A DNA stretch of 64,000 bases from Gemmatimonas sp. (lineage in GTDB: Bacteria; Gemmatimonadota; Gemmatimonadetes; Gemmatimonadales; Gemmatimonadaceae). The notes beneath the pieces were generated by a model. It worked only from the letters and a program-made list of their open reading frames with translations. It had not been told where the DNA came from and made no database searches. The position numbers and the translations under genes were made by a program. Shown here piece after piece: positions 43,059-53,599 of the stretch (positions are counted from its first letter, which is position 1; each line of letters starts with the position of its first letter). The stretch is from NCBI GenBank assembly GCA_965279375.1, contig OZ257156.1:3232001-3296000 (forward strand), read 5' to 3'.

Positions 43059-43616
43059 ATGCCGAAGAGTTCGTGGTGCGCGTGCGCTTCGGTCGTGCTC
43101 GCGTGTGCGCTGCCCGCACACGTGCACGCGCAGCAGCGAGCGCTCACGACGACCGCGCTGGCTCCTCTCGAGTTGTCGTCCGTTGCGCCGAGCACGCGTG
43201 AGCTGACGTCGGCGCTGGTTCTCGAACTGCGGCGCGTGTGGCACGCGGTGGAGGCTCCGGCACTTCCGCGGTGGGGGCGAGCCGTCCGAGCCGTGGAGCG
43301 ACTCGTCGGTCTGCCGTGGCGAGGTGCAACGCCGATCGTGCTGCTGGTGCCGGACGGAGGGCAGGGCTTCGCTTGCGACGGTGGGGAATGCGCCGGACGC
43401 TTCGAGGCGACACGCCTTGTGACGACAAATGCGGAGCGCGCCGACACCGTCGTGGTTGGCGTGATTCTCCTCGCGGAGTCCGCCATGATGCGAGAGGACG
43501 TCTGGGAGCACGAACTGACACACGCGCTCCTCGCGCAACACAGCCTGATCGAGGCGAGTACGCGGCACGATCCCCGCTACTTCCCGCGCGCGCGGAGCGC
43601 AATCGCGATTCGGTGA
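43059..43616 (+). CDS. Small exported hypothetical protein with HEXXH motif
   Basis: GAGGT SD, signal peptide ending VHA-Q, and WEHELTH...HDPRYF. Confidence 0.6.
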   Translation: MPKSSWCACASVVLACALPAHVHAQQRALTTTALAPLELSSVAPSTRELTSALVLELRRVWHAVEAPALPRWGRAVRAVERLVGLPWRGATPIVLLVPDGGQGFACDGGECAGRFEATRLVTTNAERADTVVVGVILLAESAMMREDVWEHELTHALLAQHSLIEASTRHDPRYFPRARSAIAIR

Positions 43617-43790
43617 GCGACGCACGCTGAAGGCGACGTCGTAGCCCCGATGCGGCGGGGGTCGGCGTGAGGCTCAGGCGCCCAGCCTCCCTCCGCAGGT
43701 CGTCGCGTGGCGTCCGCCCCTGCTGGCGACTCGGCGGCCGAACGGCCACATTCGACGCGACTGCCTCTCGTCGCCACCTCCGTCGAGCTC

Positions 43791-46085
43791 ATGCCAATGC
43801 GACTCCTTTCCCGATCAGCAGGCACCGCGTTTGCGCTCGCCGCGCTGCTTCCGCCGAGTTCCGCTCGCCTCGTTGCACAAGGCAGTCCGTCCAACCCCGC
43901 GCCGAACGGGACGCGTCGCGTCGAGAACACCTTCGTTCCCGAGGATGCGCTGAATGTCGTCACACTCACGATCGGGGACCTGACGAACGACGGACGATTC
44001 GCGGCTGCGACCTCTTCGGTGCGGCGCGACGCGTTTGGTCAGGATTTCCGGCGCGATGGCGATCCCACCTACGTGCGCGGCGCACTGACGCGTGTGCTGC
44101 TCATCGACACCAAGACCGGTGCAACTACGCCGATCTTCCGTGACATGAAGAGCGTGCGCGGCATGCAGTGGTCGCCTGATGGCGCCACGCTCGCCATGCT
44201 GGTGTTCAACGGCGATGTCTACGAGCCGGTGCTGTGGACGCGAGCGACCGGCAAGAGCGTCACACTCAAAATGCCAGCGGGTCGATACGTCGCGGAGAAC
44301 AGCGATGCACGATGGTCGCCCGATGGCAAGCAGCTGGTGCTCAGCGTGCACACGCTCGAGTGGCGCAAGCGCGTCCGCGACACCTTTGCAACGATGACTG
44401 GTGTGACACCGGTTTTTGTTCAGAACAGCAAGGATCCGTTCCTTGCGTGGGACGCCATCCGTCGCGAAGGCAATGTCCGTTCGCTCGTGATGCTTGACGT
44501 CGCAACCGGGCGAGTGCGCGATCTCGTACCGGAACAGTCGCTCGTGAACTACACACTCGCCGAGGATGGCAGTGCGGTCACGTTTGCGAAGGACATCGTC
44601 AGCAAGACGGACTACGAATCGCTGGGCGCACCGGAAACATCGCTGCGCACGCGCGACGCCAACGGTGTCGAACGCGTATTGCATGCGACGACCAAGGGCA
44701 TGCAAATCCAGTGGGCGGACGATGGCAGGCGCTATGCGTTCTCCAGCAACGGTCGCGTGTACCTCGCCTCCATCGGAGACACGACAAAGAAGCTGATCGC
44801 CGGCGCACCGGAAGCGCGTCGTGGCGAAACGCCTGATACCTCAAAGGCGGCGCGCGACAAGGCTGCGGCCGAGCGCTTCACCGTCGTGCGATTCAGTCCG
44901 ACCGGTGATGCAGTGCTTGTGTCCAACCGCGAAGGGCTCTGGCTCGCGGACGCAAGCACCGGCGCGCGCGAGAAGGTGGTCGCCTCGAGCGATTCGAGCG
45001 AGATGCTCCCGCGCGTGACGTTCGCCGCGTGGAGTGCCGATGGGCAGCATCTGTTCCTGACCTCGGCCTCTCGCCAGCGGTGGGAGCGCGCCATCCTTCG
45101 CTATGATCGTCCCACCAAGCAGCTCAAGGAGTTGGTCAAGGACGCGCGTTCCTTCTCGCAGTTTCGTCTTTCAAGAGACGGAAAGACGGTGCTGCTCAAT
45201 ATTGCGAATGGAAACCGTCCTCCCGACCTGTACGCATCCAATACCGACTTGAGCGATCTCCATCGCGTCGTCGAAACCAATCCGCAGCTGGCCACACGAA
45301 AGATCGGGCCGACAGAACTCGTCACCTTTCTGAACGCCGATGGTCACGCGAAGAAGATGGTCGTCTACTACCCGGCCGACTTCGACAAGACCAAGACGTA
45401 TCCCACGGTCTTCGAGATCTATGAAGACTTCTTCGACGACAACTTCGACATTCGCGCCAACGTGCTCACCGGCGCGGGTTATGTCGTCGTGCATCCGTCA
45501 GTCGACTTCGACATCGGATACCCTGGTGAGGCTTGGGCCAAGGGCGTCACGTCGGCTGCGAACAAGCTGATCGAGATGGGCGTCGCCGACTCCACTCGAC
45601 TCGGCGTGCAGGGACAAAGCTACGGTGGATACGCCACGAATCTGCTGATCACCCAAACGAATCGCTTCAAGGCGGCGGTCAACATCAGCGGCAAGGTGGA
45701 CATGATCAGCTTCTACACCGACAGTCCGCGCCTCGGCGTGCGCAACGTGAACGCCGCCGAGAAGACGCAGGATCGCCTCGGTGCCTCGATGTGGGCGCAG
45801 CCGCAGAAGTACGTGGCGCATTCGGCGGTGATGTTTGCCGATCGTATCACGACACCGCTCATGCTGGTCACCGGCGAACAGGACTCGAACGTGCCCGCCA
45901 TCAACACGCGCGAGATGTACTACGCGCTGCGTCGGCTGGGGAGGGAAGTGATCTGGGTGAACTACGCCAACGGCGGACACGGTGGTGGGACCGCAACGGC
46001 CGCCGACTTCGTGGATATGCAGAAACGTATCGTGGAGTTCTACGATGCACGGCTCAAAGCGAAGGGGAGAATCGGCGCCAACTAG
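43791..46085 (+). CDS. S9 family (prolyl oligopeptidase/acylaminoacyl peptidase) exported peptidase
   Basis: Signal peptide, beta-propeller WSPDG repeats, and catalytic triad GQSYGG / EQDSNV / GGHGG. Confidence 0.9.
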   Translation: MPMRLLSRSAGTAFALAALLPPSSARLVAQGSPSNPAPNGTRRVENTFVPEDALNVVTLTIGDLTNDGRFAAATSSVRRDAFGQDFRRDGDPTYVRGALTRVLLIDTKTGATTPIFRDMKSVRGMQWSPDGATLAMLVFNGDVYEPVLWTRATGKSVTLKMPAGRYVAENSDARWSPDGKQLVLSVHTLEWRKRVRDTFATMTGVTPVFVQNSKDPFLAWDAIRREGNVRSLVMLDVATGRVRDLVPEQSLVNYTLAEDGSAVTFAKDIVSKTDYESLGAPETSLRTRDANGVERVLHATTKGMQIQWADDGRRYAFSSNGRVYLASIGDTTKKLIAGAPEARRGETPDTSKAARDKAAAERFTVVRFSPTGDAVLVSNREGLWLADASTGAREKVVASSDSSEMLPRVTFAAWSADGQHLFLTSASRQRWERAILRYDRPTKQLKELVKDARSFSQFRLSRDGKTVLLNIANGNRPPDLYASNTDLSDLHRVVETNPQLATRKIGPTELVTFLNADGHAKKMVVYYPADFDKTKTYPTVFEIYEDFFDDNFDIRANVLTGAGYVVVHPSVDFDIGYPGEAWAKGVTSAANKLIEMGVADSTRLGVQGQSYGGYATNLLITQTNRFKAAVNISGKVDMISFYTDSPRLGVRNVNAAEKTQDRLGASMWAQPQKYVAHSAVMFADRITTPLMLVTGEQDSNVPAINTREMYYALRRLGREVIWVNYANGGHGGGTATAADFVDMQKRIVEFYDARLKAKGRIGAN

Positions 46086-46102
46086 GTCGCCGTGCCAATT
46101 GC

Positions 46103-46131
46103 TTGACATGTTCTCCAAAAACAGTTGAAAT
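46103..46131 (+). promoter_or_regulatory. Possible sigma70 promoter for esterase-susC-susD
   Basis: Perfect TTGACA at 46103-08, 17-nt spacer, weak -10 TGAAAT at 46126-31, in a locally AT-rich patch. Confidence 0.35.
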
Positions 46132-46264
46132 AGGGATGTCGGTCGTGGGCGCGTGGTTGATTGCCGCGCTCGGTCGTACCGTCGGTCGCATGGTCAGTTT
46201 GTCTGACGCGGCGACACCATGACCAGACGCTGGCCATCTCCCTCTTCTTCCAGTGGTGGGGCTC

Positions 46265-47962
46265 ATGCTGCGTCGTCGTCGGTCTCTTGTGAGCAGCGTG
46301 CTCACGGTCGTGTCGTGTGCGAGTGCGGTCGTGCTGCAACCGCGACCTGCATCCGCGCAGGTGGCCTCTACCTCCGCGTCGGTCACGCCAACGCCACCCG
46401 GATGGCCGAGCGGTCGCGCCGGCGTGCGCTTCGCGGTGCGTGTGCCGGGGAGCGTGCGCGCAGAGCCGACAACCGGCCGCGTCTTCGTGGTGCTCTCGCG
46501 GACGAATCAGACTGAGCCGCGCCTGCAGATCGGCCGCATCGGCACGCCGTTCTTCGGCCACGATGTCGAGCGTGTCGCGCCCGGCGCTGAGATGGTGGTG
46601 AGCGGTACCGATCTGGGCCATCCGGTCTGGGATCTCGCAGATATCCCCGCCGGCGAGTACTGGGTGCAGGCGGTCGTGAACGTGTATTCAGAGTTCAAGC
46701 GCGCCGACGGCAAGGTCGTCTGGATGCACGACGACCAGTGGGAAGGGCAACAGTGGAATCGCTCGCCGGGGAACCTGTACTCGGTGCCGACCAAGCTCAC
46801 GATCGATCCCATGAAGCGCGCGACAATCGCGCTCGTTGCCGATCAGAAGATTCCGCCGATTGCGCTGCCGGCCAACACGACGTTTGTGGAGCGCTTTCGG
46901 CTGCAGTCGCCGATGCTCACCAAATTTTGGGGGCGGCCGATCTACGTTGGCGCGACTGTGCTGCTGCCACGCGACTACAAGACCTCGACGCTCAACTATC
47001 CCGTGTTGTACGAACAGGGGCATTTCTCCACGGGCGCGCCGCTGCGCTTCGAGGAAACCAATGAAGTTGGCAAGGAGTGGGTGAAGGACGATTTCCCGCG
47101 CATGCTCGCCGTCACCTTTCAGCATCCCACGCCCTACTTCGACGATTCGTACGCCGTCAATTCCGTGAACAACGGACCGTACGGCGATGTGGTCATGCAG
47201 GAGCTGATCCCCGAGATCGAGAAGCGCTATCGCACGATCCAGCAGCCATGGGCGCGCTGGCTGCACGGCGGCTCCACCGGCGGATGGGAAGCGCTCGCGT
47301 TGCAGATTCAGCAGCCCGACTTCTTTGGCGGTACGTGGGCGTACTGCCCCGATCCAGTCACGTTCACCGACGTGGAGGGGATCAACATCTACAAGGATCA
47401 GAACGCATTCTACAAGCAGATCACCGAGTTCCATCGCACGCCGACGATCAACTCGCGCGAGATCAATGGCGAAGTGCGCCAGACGTCGCAGCAGCGCAAT
47501 TGGATGGAGTTGGTGAACGGCACGCGTGGTCGCTCGGGGCATCAGCTCGACATCTGGTCGGCCACCTTCGGACCGCTCGGCGATGATGGCTACTTCAAGC
47601 CCGTCTTCGACAAGCGCACGGGCCGAATTGACGCCAGCGTCGCCGCGTACTGGAAGGAGCACTACGACCTGCTCTACTACCTCCAGCAACACTGGAGCAC
47701 CGTCGGTCCCAAACTCGTAGACAAGCTCCATATCTATGTGGGCGACGCCGACACGTACTTTCTTGATCGCGCCACGCGTGAGCTCGAAGCGTGGATGAAA
47801 ACCACCCAGGCACCGCACTACGAGGGCTACTTCCTGTACGGCGATCAGAAGCCGCACTGCTGGTCCGGTCCAGTCTCCACACCGCAACGGCTGAAGGAGA
47901 TGGCGATGCATGGCATGCGACACATGCCCGCCGGGACGACGACTCCGTGGTGGCGTTACTGA
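46265..47962 (+). CDS. Exported alpha/beta-hydrolase (Fes/putative esterase family)
   Basis: Signal peptide, YPVLYEQGH, DDSYAVNSVNNGPYGD, nucleophile elbow GGSTGG, GDAD and a C-terminal His. Confidence 0.8.
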   Translation: MLRRRRSLVSSVLTVVSCASAVVLQPRPASAQVASTSASVTPTPPGWPSGRAGVRFAVRVPGSVRAEPTTGRVFVVLSRTNQTEPRLQIGRIGTPFFGHDVERVAPGAEMVVSGTDLGHPVWDLADIPAGEYWVQAVVNVYSEFKRADGKVVWMHDDQWEGQQWNRSPGNLYSVPTKLTIDPMKRATIALVADQKIPPIALPANTTFVERFRLQSPMLTKFWGRPIYVGATVLLPRDYKTSTLNYPVLYEQGHFSTGAPLRFEETNEVGKEWVKDDFPRMLAVTFQHPTPYFDDSYAVNSVNNGPYGDVVMQELIPEIEKRYRTIQQPWARWLHGGSTGGWEALALQIQQPDFFGGTWAYCPDPVTFTDVEGINIYKDQNAFYKQITEFHRTPTINSREINGEVRQTSQQRNWMELVNGTRGRSGHQLDIWSATFGPLGDDGYFKPVFDKRTGRIDASVAAYWKEHYDLLYYLQQHWSTVGPKLVDKLHIYVGDADTYFLDRATRELEAWMKTTQAPHYEGYFLYGDQKPHCWSGPVSTPQRLKEMAMHGMRHMPAGTTTPWWRY

Positions 47963-48009
47963 TCGGTCCATCGAATACAAGGCTCCCCACCTTTACGGAC
48001 AGAGAACGA

Positions 48010-50991
48010 ATGCGAAAGACATGGTTCGCACTGTGTGCCGTGCTATGGCTGACCGCCACGGCGACGGCCACGAGCGCGCGCGCGCAAGGAAGCCTCCGGT
48101 TGTTGACCGGCTCGGTAGTCGAAGAGGGCTCGAACGCCCCGATTCCGTCGGCGCAGATTCAGGTGCGCGGCTCGACCGCGGGCGCACTCACGCAGGAGGA
48201 CGGCAACTTCTCCATTCGCGTGGCGTCCGGTGACGTCGTGCTCTCGATCAAGCGCATCGGCTATCGCCCGATCGATCTGACGGTGCCCGCCTCACAGAGC
48301 AGCGTGAAGATCGTCATGCGCAAAGACGCGCTCAAGCTCGATCAGGTGGTCGTGACCGGCCAGGCGACGGGCATCTCGCGACGCAATCTGCCCAACTCCG
48401 TGGCGAGCGTCAGTGCCGAGCAACTCGCCAAGGTCTCATCCGCGGCGATCGATCAGGCGCTGCAGGGCAAGGTGGCCGGCGCGCAGATCTCGACCAGCAC
48501 GGGCGCGCCCGGCGGCGGCAACCGCGTGCGCATTCGCGGCATCTCGTCCATCCTCGGCAATGCGCAACCGCTCTACGTCATCGACGGCGTGATCGTCAGC
48601 GACGTATCGATCGGCAACGGCACCAACAAGCTGACGCGCGCGGCCGGTACTGCCATCTCTGCGGTCACGCAGGAAGCGCCGGTCAATCGCATCGCCGACT
48701 TGAATCCGAACGACATCGAGTCGGTCGAAATCCTCAAGGGCTCCGCGGCTGCGGCCATCTACGGCTCTAAGGCGTCGGGCGGTGTCATCCTGATCACCAC
48801 CAAGCGCGGTCAGGCCGGTCGCCCCAAGTACAACTTCCGCACAGGGCTCGGCGGCAACTCGCTCGCGTATCGCAACGGGTCGCGGAAATTCAATTCACTC
48901 GCCGACGCCACGCTCGCCTTCGGACCGCGCGCCTCGGAGTTCTACGATGCCAATCGCTTCATCGACTACGAGAGCCTGGCGTACGAGAACAAGCCGGTGA
49001 ACAGCGAGAACACGCTGTCGGTGAGCGGCGGAACACAGGACACGCGTTACTTCATCTCGGGTACGTCGCGCCAGGAGCAGGGTATCGTGCGCAACTCGTA
49101 CGCCAAGAAGACGGGCGTGCGCATCAACCTCGATCAGAAGCTCTCGAGCACACTCGACTTGCAGGTGGGCGCGGAAGTGTTGCGCACGCTGAGCGACCGC
49201 GGCCTGTTCGGCAACGACAACGCCGGCAACTCGGTGGCCTACACGCTGACCAAGGTGCCCAGCTTCCTCGATCTGCGTCGCAACGCCGACGGATCATGGC
49301 CGGTGAATCCGTTCTACAACTCCAATCCGTTGCAGACGATCGACCTGGTCAAGAACCAGGAAGGCGTGTGGCGCTCCATCACGACGGCGCGGTTGACGTG
49401 GAATGCGTTCTCCAACAACAAGCATGACATCAAGTTCGTCGGCTACGGCGGTACCGACGTGCTCGCGCAGCACAATGAAGTGTACGCGCCGCCCGAGTTG
49501 CAGTTCGAGCCGCTGGACGGCCTGCCCGGTACGACCGTCGTCTCCGACGGCAACAACACGCAGGGCAACATGAACCTGAACGTCGTGCACGTGTGGCGGC
49601 CGCGCGAAACGATCAGCGCGACGACACAGTTCGGCACGCAGTACGAGCGTCGCAAGTTCAACTCCAGCCGCAGCTCTGGGCAGGGCCTGCTTGGTGGACT
49701 GCAGGTCGTGACGTCGGGCACAGTGCGTGATATCGACGAGAGCCGAGTGCTGACGGAAGACTTTGGTCTCTTCGGGCAGACGGAAATCTTGTGGCGTGAA
49801 CGTCTGCTGCTGACGGCCGGTGCCCGTGCCGATCGCAGCTCCAACAACGGTGACCCGGGCGCGTTCTATCTCTTCCCCAAGGGTTCGGCGTCGTATCGCA
49901 TGCCCGCGTTGATGCCGGGAAAGGTGGACGAGCTCAAGCTGCGCCTCGCGTACGGCGAGACGGGTAACCAGCCGTTGTACGGACAGAAGTTCACCTCGCT
50001 CGATCTCTCCAACATCGGTGGCTTGGGAGCGTTCCGCGTCGGTACCGGTCGTGGTGCCTCGAGCATCCGCCCGGAACGTCAGCGCGAAATCGAAGCAGGC
50101 TTCGACGCCACGATTCTTGGCAATCGCGGCACCATCGACTTCACCGGCTTCCAGCGCAACATCAGCGACCTGCTGATCACGCGCACGCTGCCGCCGACCA
50201 GCGGCTATTCCTCGGAAGTTTCCAACGGCGCATCGATGCGCGTCTGGGGTCTCGAGACGTCCGTGTCGCTCTTCCCGGTGCAGAAGTCCAATTTCTCGTG
50301 GAATACGCGAGTGAACTGGGGCATGAACCGCAGCAAGATCACCGATCTGCCTGTGCCCGCGTTCCTGCTCGGCACCTTCCAGGTAGGTGCCGTACGCATC
50401 GAAGAAGGGAAATCGGCCACGCAGCTCATCGGTAACGACACGTTGCCGCAGTCGCCGCGTCAGCTGTATCCCAACGGCGTGCTCATGGGCGATGGCAATC
50501 CGAAGTGGAACGGCGGATGGAGCAACGAAGTCCGCATGGGCCGCTTCTCCGCCTTCGCGCTGATCGACCGCCAGCAGGGCGGCATGCTCGCCAACGGCAC
50601 GTGGCGTCACTACGACCTCGGCCAGAACTCGCGCGACTTCGATGCGCCGGGTCCTGTCGCGGGACAGAGCCTCGGCAACTTCCGCCGCAACACGTATCTC
50701 GTCGTGACGCGCATCTACTACCAGGATGCGAGCTACACGAAGCTGCGTGAAGTGACGGTCGGATACGATGTACCGCCGGCCCTCGTCCAGAAGATCTGGG
50801 GACGTGCGCAGAGCGCCAAGATCCAGCTCTCGGGTCGCAACCTGTATTGGTGGACCAAGTTCCGTGGCGGCGATCCGGAAGCGTCGAACTTCGGTGCTGG
50901 CAACGTGCCCGACGCCATTCAGCGCAATCGCGAAATTGCGGCCTATCCGGCCAGCAAGAGCTTCTGGCTCAACTTCAACGTGGAGTTCTGA
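48010..50991 (+). CDS. SusC/RagA-type TonB-dependent outer membrane transporter
   Basis: Signal peptide, carboxypeptidase-regulatory-like N-domain, LDQVVVTG, plug PLYVIDGV, LNPNDIESVEILKGSAAAAIYG...GVILITTK, and C-terminal Phe. Confidence 0.93.
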   Translation: MRKTWFALCAVLWLTATATATSARAQGSLRLLTGSVVEEGSNAPIPSAQIQVRGSTAGALTQEDGNFSIRVASGDVVLSIKRIGYRPIDLTVPASQSSVKIVMRKDALKLDQVVVTGQATGISRRNLPNSVASVSAEQLAKVSSAAIDQALQGKVAGAQISTSTGAPGGGNRVRIRGISSILGNAQPLYVIDGVIVSDVSIGNGTNKLTRAAGTAISAVTQEAPVNRIADLNPNDIESVEILKGSAAAAIYGSKASGGVILITTKRGQAGRPKYNFRTGLGGNSLAYRNGSRKFNSLADATLAFGPRASEFYDANRFIDYESLAYENKPVNSENTLSVSGGTQDTRYFISGTSRQEQGIVRNSYAKKTGVRINLDQKLSSTLDLQVGAEVLRTLSDRGLFGNDNAGNSVAYTLTKVPSFLDLRRNADGSWPVNPFYNSNPLQTIDLVKNQEGVWRSITTARLTWNAFSNNKHDIKFVGYGGTDVLAQHNEVYAPPELQFEPLDGLPGTTVVSDGNNTQGNMNLNVVHVWRPRETISATTQFGTQYERRKFNSSRSSGQGLLGGLQVVTSGTVRDIDESRVLTEDFGLFGQTEILWRERLLLTAGARADRSSNNGDPGAFYLFPKGSASYRMPALMPGKVDELKLRLAYGETGNQPLYGQKFTSLDLSNIGGLGAFRVGTGRGASSIRPERQREIEAGFDATILGNRGTIDFTGFQRNISDLLITRTLPPTSGYSSEVSNGASMRVWGLETSVSLFPVQKSNFSWNTRVNWGMNRSKITDLPVPAFLLGTFQVGAVRIEEGKSATQLIGNDTLPQSPRQLYPNGVLMGDGNPKWNGGWSNEVRMGRFSAFALIDRQQGGMLANGTWRHYDLGQNSRDFDAPGPVAGQSLGNFRRNTYLVVTRIYYQDASYTKLREVTVGYDVPPALVQKIWGRAQSAKIQLSGRNLYWWTKFRGGDPEASNFGAGNVPDAIQRNREIAAYPASKSFWLNFNVEF

Positions 50992-50994
50992 CCC

Positions 50995-52398
50995 ATGACG
51001 ACACTCCACACCTCCGCTCGCGTGAGCACACGTCGCAAGGCCGCAGTGCTCGCGCTGCTCGGCGTATCGGCGCTCTTCGCCGCTTGCGGCGAGATCACGG
51101 TACCCAACTACAACTCGCCCAACGTCGACGGCCTGCTCGAAAAGCCGGACGCGGCAAGCATCAACACCACCGTCGTCGGTCTGCTCGTCGGATCGCGCGC
51201 CACGGTTGGCGGCTACGCGCAAACACTCGGCATCTTCGGGCGTGAGATGTACAACCTCGATCAAGCCGAGCCGCGCAATTTCCTGTCGCTGCTCGTGGAA
51301 CCGCTCACGCCGGGCGGCTTTGGCGTCGATGTGGGCTGGTCGGGCACGTACCGACAGATCCTCACCGCGCAGACGATTCTCGACATCGTCGACAAGGCCT
51401 CGGATCTCACCACGCCACAGAAGGAAGGCGTGAAGGGATTCACCAAGACGATGATGGCGCAAGCGTACATCGATCAGCTGCGTGTGCGCGACACCTTCGG
51501 CATCGTCCTGGCGGTGGACCCAACCGCAAAGACGCTCGGCGATTTCGTCACGCGTGATGCGGGGTATGCCAAGGCTGCCTCGCTGCTCGACGAGGCGAAA
51601 ACGCACCTCGGCGCTGCGGGTACCACGTTCTCGTTCTCGCTCACCAGCGGACACGCCGGCTTCAATACACCGGCCACGTTTCTGCGTGTGAACCGTGGAC
51701 TCAAGGCACGCCTGGAGACGTATCGCGGGCAGTGGAACGACGCGCTCACCGCACTCGGTGAGTCGTTCATCAACACGGCGTCGCCGACGGCCGCATCGCT
51801 GGCGACGGGGGTGAATCACGTCTACACCACCGCCTCGGGTGATGCGACGAATCCCATGTTCGATGCCTCACCGCGAGCACTGGTCGCCCACCCGTCGTTC
51901 CTCGCCGATGCGCAGCGCCGCGCCGATGGATCTGCGGATTTGCGCACGTCAAAGGTGGCCACCAGCACAATCACGCTCACCAGTCAGGGCGTGAGTTCCA
52001 ACACGCGGCTCAACCTCGCGGCCACCAACGTGGCCTCGATCTCGTTCCTCCGGAACGAAGAGCTGATCCTCATGCGTGCGGAAGCCAACATCGGCTTGGG
52101 CAATCGCGCGGCGGCGATCGCGGATCTGAACATCATCCGCACCGTCTCCGGCGGTCTCGCACCGCTGGCCGCCGACTTCGCCGGCAACCTGGTGGACGAG
52201 CTGCTGTACAACCGTCGCTACTCGCTCTTTGGCGAATACGGGCACCGTTGGGTAGATTCGCGACGGTACAACCGGTTGGCCTCGCTGCCCAAGTTCGCGG
52301 CGACGCATCGGATCTATCCCATTGTCCCGATCCCGGCCGACGAGTGCAACCAGCGCACGCCGGCTCCGAAGGGATGCGTGCAGGTCAGCGGACAGTAG
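50995..52398 (+). CDS. SusD/RagB-type surface lipoprotein
   Basis: Lipobox FAAC, LRNEELILMRAEA, DLNIIR, RRYSLFGEYGHRWVDSRR and PIPADE; lies 3 nt after susC. Confidence 0.92.
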   Translation: MTTLHTSARVSTRRKAAVLALLGVSALFAACGEITVPNYNSPNVDGLLEKPDAASINTTVVGLLVGSRATVGGYAQTLGIFGREMYNLDQAEPRNFLSLLVEPLTPGGFGVDVGWSGTYRQILTAQTILDIVDKASDLTTPQKEGVKGFTKTMMAQAYIDQLRVRDTFGIVLAVDPTAKTLGDFVTRDAGYAKAASLLDEAKTHLGAAGTTFSFSLTSGHAGFNTPATFLRVNRGLKARLETYRGQWNDALTALGESFINTASPTAASLATGVNHVYTTASGDATNPMFDASPRALVAHPSFLADAQRRADGSADLRTSKVATSTITLTSQGVSSNTRLNLAATNVASISFLRNEELILMRAEANIGLGNRAAAIADLNIIRTVSGGLAPLAADFAGNLVDELLYNRRYSLFGEYGHRWVDSRRYNRLASLPKFAATHRIYPIVPIPADECNQRTPAPKGCVQVSGQ

Positions 52399-52427
52399 TC
52401 CTGGCGTAGCGTAGTATCTGCATCGCG

Positions 52428-52469
52428 AACGGCGCGGGCTTCTTCTCGAAGCCCGCGCCGTTTGTGTTT
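52428..52469 (+). terminator. Rho-independent terminator after susD
   Basis: 15-bp perfect stem AACGGCGCGGGCTTC / GAAGCCCGCGCCGTT with a 5-nt loop, followed by TGTGTTT. Confidence 0.8.
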
Positions 52470-52678
52470 GCGTGAGTGCAACCGGCGAACGCAAGCTCGC
52501 GGTGTCGTTCGACGCAGAGGGCACACCTTCAGCCGGGAACGGAACAGCCCGCTGCATCGCTCAGACCACACCCGTGGCCGCTCGTCAGGAGAGATCGCCC
52601 ATGAAGTCAGGGCAATCCCGATGTGCACGTGTGATTGCGCAGTGCATCCTGACTGCACCCTCATCAAGGAGTGCCGCC

Positions 52679-53599
52679 ATGTCTGCATCAACTTCGCGCG
52701 AGTACATCGCCACGTCGCGGTATGAGGGGACGAGCACCAACGCCCCGATCCTGATTGCGTCGGACGCCTCGCCCGATTCGGACGCCGCGTTTCCCATGGC
52801 GATGCAGCTGACGACCTCTACCCACGCGCCGGTTGAGGTGTTGAGTGTGCTGCGCCCGTTTTCGATGCCGATGTACGTGGTCGATGCCACGCCGGTGCCG
52901 GCCGAAACGGAGGAGGCGATTCGCTTCGGCAGGGAAGGGGAGCTCCACTCGCAGATCGAGCGCCTCGTGGCGCCGGAGTTGAGATGGCCAGTCAACGTCG
53001 TGACGGGAGATCCGATCGAGGCGATTGTTGGTCACGCTGAGCGCATTCACGCGCAAGTCATCGTCACCGGACGAGGCCGACACGGCGCCATCGAGCGGTT
53101 GCTCGGCGGTGAGTCCATCATGCGCATGCTGCAGGTGGGGAATACGCCGGTGCTCGCCGTCGAGGACGGTCAAGAGTGGTTGCCGCGACGCGTGGCCATC
53201 GCGACCGATTTCAGCGAGCAGAGCGCGCGCGCGGCAAAGCTGGCATGCTCGCTCGTTGCGCCGGACGCGACCGTCATGCTCGTGCACGTTGCGCCGCCGT
53301 TCGATGCGGTCGATTCGGCACTGCACGAGCGAGCCGACGAGTACAAACGTCACGCCGAGCGGGAGTTCGCACGGATCCGCGCAGAACTTCCCGTGCGCGA
53401 ACAGAGCGTGCGCGAGATCCTGTTGGCCGGCAATCCATCGGACGTGTTGCTCGCGCTGCTGGACATGCACGCCATCGAACTGGTGGCACTGGCCACGCAT
53501 GGATACGGATTCGTGCGTCGCATGCTGCTGGGCAGCGTAGCGGCCGCCATGATTCGCCGCGCGCCCTGCTCGGTGCTGTGCGTGCCGGGACACCGATAG
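52679..53599 (+). CDS. Universal stress protein, tandem USP domains
   Basis: PILIASD...IVTG...LLGG...PVLAV and VAIATDFS...LATHG...LLGSVA...APCSVLCVP. AAGGAG SD. Confidence 0.9.
   Translation: MSASTSREYIATSRYEGTSTNAPILIASDASPDSDAAFPMAMQLTTSTHAPVEVLSVLRPFSMPMYVVDATPVPAETEEAIRFGREGELHSQIERLVAPELRWPVNVVTGDPIEAIVGHAERIHAQVIVTGRGRHGAIERLLGGESIMRMLQVGNTPVLAVEDGQEWLPRRVAIATDFSEQSARAAKLACSLVAPDATVMLVHVAPPFDAVDSALHERADEYKRHAEREFARIRAELPVREQSVREILLAGNPSDVLLALLDMHAIELVALATHGYGFVRRMLLGSVAAAMIRRAPCSVLCVPGHR

Noticed and set aside
46185..46226. Overlapping short inverted repeats (CATGGT/ACCATG, GTCAG/CTGAC) in the esterase leader
   Set aside because: The stems are short and mutually exclusive, match no riboswitch I recognise, and are compatible with chance.
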